Source: Gemmatimonadota bacterium
Lineage (GTDB): Bacteria > Gemmatimonadota > Gemmatimonadetes > Gemmatimonadales > GWC2-71-9
DNA length: 64,000 nucleotides
Assembly (NCBI GenBank): GCA_039586365.1
Contig: JBDHKN010000016.1
Span: forward strand, 1 to 64,000
Reading direction: 5' to 3'
Shown here: positions 19,898-29,585 of the stretch, piece by piece
Position numbering within the stretch: the first letter of the stretch is position 1
How the letters are laid out: every line of letters starts with the position of its first letter
Notes under the pieces: generated by a model
Databases searched by the model: none
Told to the model about the DNA's origin: nothing
Seen by the model: only the letters and a program-made list of their open reading frames with translations
Made by a program: the position numbers and the translations under genes

Positions 19898-21264
19898 GTA
19901 ATCGCAAGGACCGAATTCTGGTCGTCGACGACTCAGCTGACGCGCGCGAAGTACTGAGCCGGAACCTGAGCGGAGAGGGCTTCCTTGTCTCCGCAGCACC
20001 GGGGGTACCAGAAGCGATACGGATGCTCGAGTCCGAATCGTACGACTTGGTGATCACGGACTTGAAGATGCCAAAGGTCGGTGGAATCGAACTGATCAAG
20101 CATGTTCGTGCCCGATCAAAGGACCTAGGCGTCATCATGATCACCGGGTACGCTTCAGTCGAATCTGCGGTTACGGCGGTCAAAGAGGGGGCGGAGCACT
20201 ACCTTGCCAAGCCGTTCACCGACGCCGAACTCCTTGCGTCGGTTCACGACGTTCTTGAGAAGGTTCGGTTCCGCCGCGCCGGGCGGGATACCGTGCTATC
20301 GGTCCACTCCCATGGTTTGGTAGGTGAATCGGAGGCGATGCGCCGCGTGTACCAAGCAGTGGATAAGGCCGCAACCACCTCAGCCACCGTGCTTGTGACG
20401 GGAGAGAGTGGAACAGGAAAGGAGCTAGTAGCTAGGGGCGTTCACTATGGTGGGAGCAGGGCACAGGCTCCGTTTGTCCCGATCAACTGCGGTGGCATTC
20501 CGGAGAGTCTGCTTGAGAGCGAACTGTTCGGTCACGTAAAAGGGTCGTTTACTGGAGCCGCCGAGACCCGCGCTGGTTTCTTCCAGACCGCCGATGGAGG
20601 TACCCTGTTCCTCGACGAGATCAGCGAAACCAGCCTATCCATGCAAGTGAAGCTCCTGAGAGTCCTGCAAGACAAGGAAATTCGCATGGTCGGTGGCAGG
20701 CAGCACGTGAACGTGGACGTGCGGATCATCGCCGCCACTAACAAGGACCTGCTCGAACTGGTGCGCAGGCAGCTGTTCCGCGAGGATCTCTACTTCCGCA
20801 TCAACGTGATCAACATCGACGTTCCACCTCTTAGGGAGAGGGACGACGACACACTTCTCCTCGCACACCACTTTGTACTCAAATACTCCAATGAGCTGGG
20901 CAAGGAGCCGCCCCAGTTCTCTGACCGCGTTCTGGAAGCGCTACGATGCTATCACTGGCCAGGTAACGTCCGCGAACTCGAAAACGTGATTCACCGGCTA
21001 GTGGTCATGAGTGAAGGCGCTGTTGTTGACATTGCCGACTTGCCTTCCGTGATGCGATTCACGGCTCAGCAGGGTGTCGTGCGACATTGCACGCTGGCCG
21101 AGGTGGAGGCAGAGCACGTGCGCAACGTGCTGGCAAGTGTAGATGGCAACAAGACACGGGCAGCCGAAATCCTCGGCATAGACCGGAAGACGTTGCGAGA
21201 GATACTGAAGCGTGACTCGAACCGCAGAGGAGGAGCCCAACCAGGCGGGGCTTCGTCATCGTGA
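19894..21264 (+). CDS. Sigma54-dependent response regulator (NtrC family)
   Basis: REC domain, GESGTGKE, ELFGHVKGSFTGA, WPGNVREL, Fis-type HTH. Confidence 0.95.
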   Translation: MSNRKDRILVVDDSADAREVLSRNLSGEGFLVSAAPGVPEAIRMLESESYDLVITDLKMPKVGGIELIKHVRARSKDLGVIMITGYASVESAVTAVKEGAEHYLAKPFTDAELLASVHDVLEKVRFRRAGRDTVLSVHSHGLVGESEAMRRVYQAVDKAATTSATVLVTGESGTGKELVARGVHYGGSRAQAPFVPINCGGIPESLLESELFGHVKGSFTGAAETRAGFFQTADGGTLFLDEISETSLSMQVKLLRVLQDKEIRMVGGRQHVNVDVRIIAATNKDLLELVRRQLFREDLYFRINVINIDVPPLRERDDDTLLLAHHFVLKYSNELGKEPPQFSDRVLEALRCYHWPGNVRELENVIHRLVVMSEGAVVDIADLPSVMRFTAQQGVVRHCTLAEVEAEHVRNVLASVDGNKTRAAEILGIDRKTLREILKRDSNRRGGAQPGGASSS

Positions 21265-21751
21265 GATCAGTGGTGGCCTGACTAACAGTGCACACCGTGG
21301 CTGGTGGAGCTACACGCAGGCGTCACCCGTGCTCGATCTGCTCCCCTCTCAACACCGCAGCACACCACACAACCGAGTTCCAGGCAGGGTATCAAGCAAA
21401 CATTGAAGGAACCTTACCAGCGAGCTGCTCGCCATTCGGCCTTCGGGTCTGCATCTTACAGCCGATGTCCGCGGTACCTGAAGGTGCACTTTGCAGCGCG
21501 GTTCACGTGTTGACGCGAACCGCGGGACTACCACGGGGGTCAAGGTCATCATCGGCCTGCGTGCGCTCAGTCTTGTTCTTTGGTCCTTGGGTACATGATG
21601 GCTGCATGAGTGGTCGGATGAGTGTGAGGCTCAGTGAGGGGCAACCGGCCGAGAAGTGCAGTGCGACGTGTGGGAGTCGATCACATTGAAATCGGTAAAA
21701 CTCGGGCCTGCGCGGAGGCATACGCGGCCACGATTCGTCTGGAGGGTGAGC

Positions 21752-23098
21752 ATGCAGAGGACGATTCTCGTCACCGCAGTCTTGTGGATCGCCGCACAGC
21801 CGGCACTGTGCCAACTTCCTGGTGGGACTGACCCGAACATCCTGCCCATTCGGGCCAGAGCGGAACTGATCTACGACATCACCCAAGAGCGACTCGACAC
21901 GCTGCTTCCCCGGTTGATGCGGGAGACCGGGTTCGACATGTGGATCATCACCGGCAACGAGGACAACCACGACCCCATCTTCTGGACCATGATGCCCTAC
22001 AAGAACTGGTCTCCGATCACCCAGATCTTGGTATTGTACGACGGTGGCCCTGAGCTGGGAGTAGAAAGACTGAACGTCTCGCGAACCAACACTCAGGGGC
22101 TGTTCGTCAATGCCTGGGACGCCGCCGCGTGGGACACGGAGCAGAAAGAGAGTCAGTGGGACTGTCTCGGCCGCATCGTACGTGAACGCGACCCTCGACG
22201 GATCGGGATAAATGAAGGTGAGATCCAGTGGGCGGCCGGAGGGCTCACCGTCGCGCTCAAGCGGAAGCTAGTTGCAGCCATCGGGCCAGAATACGCTGCG
22301 CGGCTCGAGTCGGCCGAACCGTTGGCAACGTTATGGTCGGAGACGCTGCTGCAGCGGGAAGTCGACGTGTGGGAACGGGCTGTCGCGGTCTCCCACAGCA
22401 TAATCGCCGAGATGTTCTCGAGCGCGGTCGCCACTCCCGGCATTACCACCACGGAGGATCTGCGGTACTACTACTGGCAGAGGGTGGCCGATTTGGGGCT
22501 CGACATCGCGTTCACGCCGTTTGTCTCGATCCGTGGCCGCAGTCCCGAGAGCAGGGAGAAGCACGGACCGACAGACAACATCATCCGTCCGGGCGACATC
22601 CTGCACTGCGACGTCGGTTTGAAGTACATGCGCTACAACACCGACCACCAAGAGTTGGCATACGTGCTAAGGGTAGGGGAGACCGACGCGCCTGAGAGCG
22701 TCAAACAGCTCATGGCCGAGGCCAACAGGTTGCAGGATGTCTTCGTGGGAGAGTTCAAGACGGGCCTGACCGGAAACGAGCTGCTCACCAACATGCTCAC
22801 CACTGCTCGTGCGGAGGGAATACCCCAGCCCCGTATCTACTCGCACTCGCTCGGCTACTTCCTCCACGAGCCGGGGCCGCTTATCGGCCTGCCCTGGGAA
22901 CAAGTGAACAACCCCGGCCGAGGTGACGTGCAGCTCGTTCCTATGAGCGGTTTCACCGCCGAGCTGAGCGTAACCGGGCCAGTTCCCGAATGGGGCGGTC
23001 AGCAGTTCCGCCTGCCGCTCGAGCAAGACGTAGTCTTTTTGGGAGACCGCACCGTCTTTCTGGATGGGCGACAAACCCGGTTTCACCTGATCCGATAG
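21752..23098 (+). CDS. Secreted M24-family metallopeptidase
   Basis: Signal peptide after GGAGGG RBS; HCDVG..NTDHQE, YSHSLG..HEPGP, AEL, LEQD. Confidence 0.85.
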   Translation: MQRTILVTAVLWIAAQPALCQLPGGTDPNILPIRARAELIYDITQERLDTLLPRLMRETGFDMWIITGNEDNHDPIFWTMMPYKNWSPITQILVLYDGGPELGVERLNVSRTNTQGLFVNAWDAAAWDTEQKESQWDCLGRIVRERDPRRIGINEGEIQWAAGGLTVALKRKLVAAIGPEYAARLESAEPLATLWSETLLQREVDVWERAVAVSHSIIAEMFSSAVATPGITTTEDLRYYYWQRVADLGLDIAFTPFVSIRGRSPESREKHGPTDNIIRPGDILHCDVGLKYMRYNTDHQELAYVLRVGETDAPESVKQLMAEANRLQDVFVGEFKTGLTGNELLTNMLTTARAEGIPQPRIYSHSLGYFLHEPGPLIGLPWEQVNNPGRGDVQLVPMSGFTAELSVTGPVPEWGGQQFRLPLEQDVVFLGDRTVFLDGRQTRFHLIR

Positions 23099-23209
23099 GT
23101 GATACGATGGCCTTCAGGTTACGCAATGAGCTGCTATGTGTAGAATGCGCGGAATGCGTCTCCCCACTACCTTGTAAAGCGGACACGCCTCAATCCAACG
23201 GCGGAGATC

Positions 23210-24124
23210 ATGGCCTTCCTCCGTATGCAACACATCGGTGTCGTCGTCCGCGACCTGCGGGATGCCTGCTACCGGTTTGAGCGCATCTTCGGTCTCGAGC
23301 CCCGGGATCTGCGGAGCGATCAGGCGAACGGCATGCAGTACGATGCCCGCATCCTGCTCGGCAACGAGTGCTGGTTGCACCTGGTACAGAACTGGGATCC
23401 CAACTCCCGGGTCTGCCGTTTCCTGGAGGAGCGAGGTGAAGGTCTCGAGCACATAGCCATCGAGACAGACGACCTCGAGGCTGACGTGGCGCGCCTGCGG
23501 GCGAGTGGGACCACAGTATTCGAGGATACGATCTTCGATCGGCACGACGGGTACGAGGCGTTCGTCTACCCCGATCAGTTGCCAGGGCTCACCGTCGAGC
23601 TGATCCAGTCACATGACCGCAGTTGGACATATCCCGCGGACGCGGCCGGCCGACCCATCAGCTCGGTGATGAACCTGGTCCGGCTGCATCACCTGGGTCT
23701 TGTGGTCGCGGATCTGCAGGATGCATGTACGCGCTTCAAGACTCTGTTTGGTCTCGAGGCTCAGGATTTCCGCGACGATCAGGGACACGGCATGCAGTAC
23801 GATGCCCGCATCCTCTTCCCCAACCATTGCTGGCTGCACTTGGTGCAGAACTGGAACCCGGAGTCGCGGGTCAATTGCTTCTTGACCAGCCGCGGGGAGG
23901 GACTCGATCACATCGCGCTGCAGACCTCCGACGTTCAAGCTGACGTCGCGTATCTAAGAGAGAACAACATACCAGTGTTCCGCGACGAGATTCTCAACGC
24001 GGCCGACGGCTTTGAATCGTTCGTCTATCCCGATCAGCTTCCGGGCATGACCGTGGAGCTGATTCAGCCGCACGCGCACAGTTGGAGCTTTCCGGAGGAG
24101 GAGCCTGGATCACGTACCAGCTAG
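23210..24124 (+). CDS. Tandem-duplicated VOC (methylmalonyl-CoA epimerase-like) protein
   Basis: Two closely similar halves: H(I/L)G.VV.DL, RGEGL.HIA, VELIQ. Confidence 0.85.
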   Translation: MAFLRMQHIGVVVRDLRDACYRFERIFGLEPRDLRSDQANGMQYDARILLGNECWLHLVQNWDPNSRVCRFLEERGEGLEHIAIETDDLEADVARLRASGTTVFEDTIFDRHDGYEAFVYPDQLPGLTVELIQSHDRSWTYPADAAGRPISSVMNLVRLHHLGLVVADLQDACTRFKTLFGLEAQDFRDDQGHGMQYDARILFPNHCWLHLVQNWNPESRVNCFLTSRGEGLDHIALQTSDVQADVAYLRENNIPVFRDEILNAADGFESFVYPDQLPGMTVELIQPHAHSWSFPEEEPGSRTS

Positions 24125-25206
24125 ATGACCGTGTCGCGGTCACACGGTTCCCCGAGCCCATCGTTCGGCGGTTCGCCGAGGACGCGCTCCACGCCCTGGG
24201 TGCTACGGACGAGGAAGCACGCATCACCGCGGACGGGTTGGTCACGGCCTGCCTGTGGTGGCACCCAGGACAGGGACAGGGCCTCGAGAAGCTGTTTCGT
24301 TTTGCGCGCCGAGTACGAAACGGCGGCATCGTTCCGGCAGCAGACATGCGGTGGATGTGTGAGCGCTCGTCAGCTGCACTGCTCGATGCCGCCAAGGGCT
24401 TCGGCTACGTGGCTGCGCACCGCGCCATGGCCCGCGCCACCCAGAAGGCGCGGGGGAGCGGGATCGCGATGGTAGCTGTCCGGCACAGCAACCACTTCGG
24501 GATCGCGGGCTACCACGCCCTGCAGGCCGCTACTGCTGGGCTCATAGGAATCGCCCAAACCAATGCCGGTGCTGAGATGGCGCCGTGGGGATCCGCCAAG
24601 CCGGTGCTCGGCACCAACCCTTGGGGCATTGCGATTCCGCGGGGCGGCGGCCACGATGCGATCGTCTTGGACATGGCGCTCACCCAGTCGGGGAAGGGCA
24701 TGATGCGGTGGCTCGAGCGCGCCGGTATCGCGATGCCGGACCACTGGGCGCTTACACCGGGAGGTGGGCGCACTACTGATCCCGCGGCAGCAATGGATGG
24801 GCCGCTCCTTCCGGTTGGCGAATACAAGGGCTACGGGTTGAGCTTTGTCACCGACGTCCTCACCGGCGTATTGACCGGTTCGCTGTTCGGCAGTTCTGTG
24901 TTTCGGGACGATCGCAACTACGACGTCGGCCACACGATGATAGCGATCGATCCAGTTGTGTTCCTGCCGCGTGCGGAGTTCGAGGCGCGACTCGAGCGAC
25001 TGATCGACGAGGTCAAGAGCGCGCCACCGATCGACAGCGACCGACCGGTGATGCTTCCCGGCGAGCCTGAACAGGAGACTGCGCGGCACCGCATGCGCGA
25101 CGGGATTCCCATCGACGAGCAGACCGTTGTTGGCCTCGCTGCGCTGGCCAAGGAACTCGGCATTTCATCTCCACTCAACAACGAACGCACGGAGACCCAT
25201 GGCTGA
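24082..25206 (+). CDS. Ldh_2 (AllD/ComC-like) NAD(P)-dependent dehydrogenase; start uncertain
   Basis: HSNHFG, LGTNP, LDMA, GEYKGYGL, PGE motifs. Confidence 0.85.
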   Translation: MELSGGGAWITYQLDDRVAVTRFPEPIVRRFAEDALHALGATDEEARITADGLVTACLWWHPGQGQGLEKLFRFARRVRNGGIVPAADMRWMCERSSAALLDAAKGFGYVAAHRAMARATQKARGSGIAMVAVRHSNHFGIAGYHALQAATAGLIGIAQTNAGAEMAPWGSAKPVLGTNPWGIAIPRGGGHDAIVLDMALTQSGKGMMRWLERAGIAMPDHWALTPGGGRTTDPAAAMDGPLLPVGEYKGYGLSFVTDVLTGVLTGSLFGSSVFRDDRNYDVGHTMIAIDPVVFLPRAEFEARLERLIDEVKSAPPIDSDRPVMLPGEPEQETARHRMRDGIPIDEQTVVGLAALAKELGISSPLNNERTETHG

Positions 25207-26200
25207 GCCTCTCAACATAGGTACCGTATCCGCCCAACCCGGGACGATCACGCGTGGGAGCATCGTAACGGGCACTGACTTGGGTGGCAGAACCGACGCG
25301 ATCCCGATAATCGTATGCCGTGGCCGTGAGGTCGGACCCACGCTGTGGCTGAACGGAGCCACGCACGGGGACGAGCCTGAAGGTGCGTTCTCGATCTTCA
25401 AGACGATCGCTAAGCTCGACCCCACACGGATGCAGGGAACGGTTGTCGCTGTGCCAGCTATGAACGTACCTGCGTTCCAGGCGGGAGAACGGGGCAATCC
25501 GCTCGACACGTTTTCATATGACATGAACCGACTCTATCCGGGACGGGCAAACGGCTACCCCACCGAGCGAGCAGCGCACGCTCATTGGGTGGCGATGAAG
25601 GACAACTGCGATCTGCAGATCGCGATCCACTCGGGCGGCGAGCACTCGTATCTCGCACACATGATCTTCGCGTCCGACAACCCGGCGTCACTGGAACTCG
25701 CTGCCGCAATGGGGTCGCAGTGGGACTTGGTGTTCAAGAGCGGCGTGGGCGGGCACAATCCAGCATCGCAAATCGCCGAACTGGGCAAGGCCGGAATCAC
25801 AGTGGAGCTGGGCGGTAACTGTAGTACCCTCACCCGTGAATTTCATGAGGTTGCAGAGGACCTCTCTGAGAGCTACCTGAACGTGATGCGCCACTACCGG
25901 ATGATCGCTGGAGAGGCGCGTTATGCCGGCCGTTGGCGCATGGGGCACCAGGAGGCGATGCTCGCGCCGGCTTCGGGAATGTGGGTGGGGAATCCGGAGC
26001 TAGTATTTGAGACGGCGGTGACCGCGGGCACGCTGCTGGGACAGATCTACACGCTGTATGGGGACATCGCGGCTGAGGTACACGCACCGTGTGACGGTGT
26101 CGTGTTTGGGCTCCGCTCGCGGCCGGCGGTGCTGGAGGGTGAGTGGTGCTGCTTCTTCGGAATCATCGACGAGAGCCGCGACGACCTCGTACCGTCGTGA
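25199..26200 (+). CDS. Succinylglutamate desuccinylase/aspartoacylase family deacylase
   Basis: HGDE, DMNRLYPG, IHSGG, VELGG. Confidence 0.88.
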   Translation: MAEPLNIGTVSAQPGTITRGSIVTGTDLGGRTDAIPIIVCRGREVGPTLWLNGATHGDEPEGAFSIFKTIAKLDPTRMQGTVVAVPAMNVPAFQAGERGNPLDTFSYDMNRLYPGRANGYPTERAAHAHWVAMKDNCDLQIAIHSGGEHSYLAHMIFASDNPASLELAAAMGSQWDLVFKSGVGGHNPASQIAELGKAGITVELGGNCSTLTREFHEVAEDLSESYLNVMRHYRMIAGEARYAGRWRMGHQEAMLAPASGMWVGNPELVFETAVTAGTLLGQIYTLYGDIAAEVHAPCDGVVFGLRSRPAVLEGEWCCFFGIIDESRDDLVPS

Positions 26201-26209
26201 CCTCCGGAG

Positions 26210-27598
26210 CTACGGCAACAGCTGGGGCTCCACGGGTCGTCGCTTCACGAGTTGTCCACGACCGCGTGCTGCATTGGGCCGGCCCCGCTCCGCGATGACT
26301 TCGCCACGCGAGATCGTCCAGGTGGGGAAGCCCCGCACACGGATTCCCTGGTACGGGCTGTAATCCATCGCCGAATGCAACTCGGTATGGTCGATCTCGA
26401 CCTCGCGCGCGGGATCCAGTACGATTATGTCGGCGTCGGCTGCCATTTCCAGCGATCCCTTGCGCGGGTACATACCGAAGATCTTCGCGGGATTGGTTGA
26501 CACCAACTCCACGAACCGGTTGGCGGTGAACCGCCCGCGGTGCACCCCTCCGGTGAAGAGGAGCGGCAGGCGCGTCTCAATGCCGGGAACACCGTTCGGG
26601 ATCCGGGTGAAGTCATCGCGCCCCTGCGTTTTCTGATCCCCATACCGGAACGGCGAATGGTCGGATGCCACCTGTTGGATCTCACCAAGGGTCAGTGCCT
26701 CCCACAGCGCTTCGCGGTGCTCCGGCGCGCGGATCGGCGGACTGCACACGTACTTGGCTGACTCGAAACCGTGCGAAGGGTCGTACACATCCTCGGTGAG
26801 GGTGAGATACTGGGGGCAGGTTTCAGACACCACAGGCTGGCCCCGCATGCGGGCGGTCGCAACGTGGGCGGCGGCCCCGGCACACGTGACGTGCGCGATG
26901 CACAGTGGTGCTCCCATCAGTTCGGCCAGCACGATCGCGCGGTTAGCGGCCTCGGCTTCGACTTGGGGTGGCCGGGTGCGCGCGTGAAACACGGGACCGG
27001 TTTCGCCGCGGCTCAGGCAGCGCTCTATCAGGTGGGTGACCGCTGCGTCGTTCTCACAATGGATGTATGCGAGCCCTCCATGCTGCGCGGTCCTCTCCAT
27101 GACACGTAGCAGGGCGGTGTCGTCCACTTTCTTGTCGCTGTACGTCATTAGCAGCTTGAACGACGGAAACCCCTCGCCGATCATTGCTGGAATCTCATCG
27201 AGGACGTCGTCCCGCGCGTCGGTAACGATGATGTGGAGGCCGTAATCGATCACGGCATGGCCATCCGCGTCCTGCTGTATCCGGTTGTCGCGCGCCTGGG
27301 TCAAAAACTCACCGCGGCGCTGCAGAGCGAAGTCGATGATCGTAGTCACGCCCCCACACGCCGCCGCCACCGTGCCCGTGTAGAAGTCATCCGCTGTGGT
27401 GATGCGGAGGCGATCGACGGGATGGTCCAGATGCACGTGCGTGTCGATGCCACCCGGCATCACTAGCTGCCCTGACGCGTCGAGCACTTGGCCGGCGGTC
27501 TGGAGACCCGCCCCCGTCTGGGCGATCTTACCGTCGCGCACCAGCAGGTCAGCCTGTTTCGAGTCCGCGGCGGTCACCAGTGTCCCGCCTCGTATCAA
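26210..27598 (-). CDS. hydA: Dihydropyrimidinase/hydantoinase
   Basis: DTHVH, GGVTTIIDF, SFK, HCEN, ETCPQYL, SDHSPF, NPAKIFGMYPRKG. Confidence 0.9.
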   Translation of the reverse strand: MIRGGTLVTAADSKQADLLVRDGKIAQTGAGLQTAGQVLDASGQLVMPGGIDTHVHLDHPVDRLRITTADDFYTGTVAAACGGVTTIIDFALQRRGEFLTQARDNRIQQDADGHAVIDYGLHIIVTDARDDVLDEIPAMIGEGFPSFKLLMTYSDKKVDDTALLRVMERTAQHGGLAYIHCENDAAVTHLIERCLSRGETGPVFHARTRPPQVEAEAANRAIVLAELMGAPLCIAHVTCAGAAAHVATARMRGQPVVSETCPQYLTLTEDVYDPSHGFESAKYVCSPPIRAPEHREALWEALTLGEIQQVASDHSPFRYGDQKTQGRDDFTRIPNGVPGIETRLPLLFTGGVHRGRFTANRFVELVSTNPAKIFGMYPRKGSLEMAADADIIVLDPAREVEIDHTELHSAMDYSPYQGIRVRGFPTWTISRGEVIAERGRPNAARGRGQLVKRRPVEPQLLP

Positions 27599-27634
27599 AA
27601 GTTCCGACGACCTCCTAGCTGCGACCTCCCTCCA

Positions 27635-28792
27635 TCATCGTTCGAGTGACTCCACGAATCCATGCATCCTCTCGATGGCAACGCCGATCCGATCCTCCGG
27701 TGCCAGCAGCGAAATGCGCACCCAGTTGTTCCATCGTTCCCCAAACGACCGCCCCGGGAACAGGAGCACACCGGTCGCCTCTAGCAGGCGGTAACAAAAC
27801 TGTTCGGCATCGATCCCAAAGCGTGACAGGTCCGCCCACACGAAGAAACCGCCACCGGGGAAGCCGTATGGGATGCCGAGTTCGTCGAGACCGGCCATCA
27901 AGCGCACGCGTCGCCGAGTGTAGATCTCCAGGAACTCACGGCGGCTGTCGGGTTCCTGCTCGAGTGCCGCTTGCGCAGCGTATTGCGAAAAGAGCGGACA
28001 CGGACCCGACGTGGCGGCTTTGAGTGCTTCCACCGCATCGATGAAGCTGGGGTCGCCGAGCAGGTATCCGACCCGGAACCCGGTCATCGCATACGCCTTG
28101 GAGAATCCCGAGAGCGTGACGGTGCGATCGCGCATCCCATCGCAAGCCGCGAGAGATAGCAGCCGCTCACCGTCGAACACAACGCTCTCGTAGATCTCGT
28201 CGGAGATGACTATCGTGTCTGTGTCCTGCACCGCCTGCGCGATGGCTCGCACGCCATCCGCGGCCACGAATGCACCGGTCGGGTTACTCGGATTGACTAG
28301 CACCAGCAGTTTGGCGTCCGTGGTGTACGTACGCACATCGTCTGCCCGAAGCACGAAGTCTCGCTCGGCTCCGGTCGGGATCTCCACCAACTCACCGCCG
28401 GCTGCCCCAATCGCCTGATCGTATGACGAGTAGCGCGGATCGGGCGTCGCGACTCGGTCACCGGGATCCACTAAGGCCAGCATGGCAAGGAACAGTGCCT
28501 CCTGACCGCCGTTGGTGATCAGGATCTCCCGTTCGGGATCAAACGACAACCCGTTCTCCAGCGCGTACCGGCGGGCGATCGCAGCACGCAGTTCTTCGCT
28601 GCCGCGCACCGGTGTGGAGCTTAGCGGCCGCTCCAGTTTCCTTAGTGCTGCTTCCCAGATGTCCGCTGGTGTGGCGAGGTCGGGATCGCCCCGCCCCAGC
28701 GAGATCACGTCGTCCAGCGACGACGCCAGCTCCATAATTCGGTAGCGGAGCGAAGTCGCCTGTTCGCCCTGTCGTGTGATGCGACCGTTCAC
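27635..28792 (-). CDS. PLP-dependent aminotransferase class I/II
   Basis: NPSNPTG, SDEIY, GFSKAYAMTGFRVGY; GTG start overlaps the upstream TGA. Confidence 0.92.
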   Translation of the reverse strand: MNGRITRQGEQATSLRYRIMELASSLDDVISLGRGDPDLATPADIWEAALRKLERPLSSTPVRGSEELRAAIARRYALENGLSFDPEREILITNGGQEALFLAMLALVDPGDRVATPDPRYSSYDQAIGAAGGELVEIPTGAERDFVLRADDVRTYTTDAKLLVLVNPSNPTGAFVAADGVRAIAQAVQDTDTIVISDEIYESVVFDGERLLSLAACDGMRDRTVTLSGFSKAYAMTGFRVGYLLGDPSFIDAVEALKAATSGPCPLFSQYAAQAALEQEPDSRREFLEIYTRRRVRLMAGLDELGIPYGFPGGGFFVWADLSRFGIDAEQFCYRLLEATGVLLFPGRSFGERWNNWVRISLLAPEDRIGVAIERMHGFVESLER

Positions 28793-29538
28793 GACGGTCG
28801 CTCCCTGGAGATTGCGAATAGCGCCGCCCGTTGCGATGGTGCTGCGCTGCAAATGGAAAAGGCCTGCTTCCAGGTCATGATGCGCTTCACCAGTGCCGGA
28901 GGGCCTGCTGCGCAACCCACCTGGAAGTGGCCCATTCCCGGCAGTGAATCGAGCTGCCCGATCACAATTGCCTGCGTAGAGAAGCCAGCCGGCTCCGCGT
29001 CACCTGCACGCCGTGAGAACAGCAACCCGCCCAGCGCAAGGATCTCCTGCCTCTCCGCCCTCTCCGCGTCCTCGTGCGTAGCGGCTGCGCCTACACCGTT
29101 CTCGATCTGGCGATACGTAGCCACCGCCCGGCTAGCCCTCGAGTCTCCCGGTTCGACGAGATCAATGCCCATCACGTCGAACAATCTGCGGTGCCGGCAA
29201 TCGCCCGCGACGACGACGCTGTCCCCCGCACCGATGCCGAGTCCTAGCAGCGTGACGAAAAGCGCTTCGCCTTCTCCATGTGTCACCACCACGCCGTCAG
29301 CTGCGACGTCCGGACCGCCACACCTCCCGATTTCCAGGCCGATTGCGCGGCGTAGCTCCACGATGCCGGGTCGCGTCGTGTAATGCGTGTCGCCTGCGGA
29401 GAGATGTCCCCGGAGGTAGGCGGCCAGCCCCTGCGGTACCGGTTCGTCGCGAAAATTGACGCGCTCAGCAGCCGGCTTCACGGCTCGCACTCGCTGCGCC
29501 AACCGCTGGGCGATGGTCGAATCTCCCAACTCGGTCAT
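28789..29538 (-). CDS. Degenerate aminotransferase-like protein lacking the PLP lysine
   Basis: HYT..PG..ELRRAI, VVVTHGEGEALF; GQLDSLPGMGHFQVG aligns with GFSKAYAMTGFRVG; only 249 aa. Confidence 0.7.
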   Translation of the reverse strand: MTELGDSTIAQRLAQRVRAVKPAAERVNFRDEPVPQGLAAYLRGHLSAGDTHYTTRPGIVELRRAIGLEIGRCGGPDVAADGVVVTHGEGEALFVTLLGLGIGAGDSVVVAGDCRHRRLFDVMGIDLVEPGDSRASRAVATYRQIENGVGAAATHEDAERAERQEILALGGLLFSRRAGDAEPAGFSTQAIVIGQLDSLPGMGHFQVGCAAGPPALVKRIMTWKQAFSICSAAPSQRAALFAISRERPS

Positions 29539-29585
29539 GTCTGCTGTCCCGTCACCGTTGAGCGCGTCCTGCTGGCCATCTCGCT

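Noticed and set aside
21265..21751. Gene or ncRNA in the 490-bp gap
   Set aside because: No recognisable protein motif or RNA structure by eye
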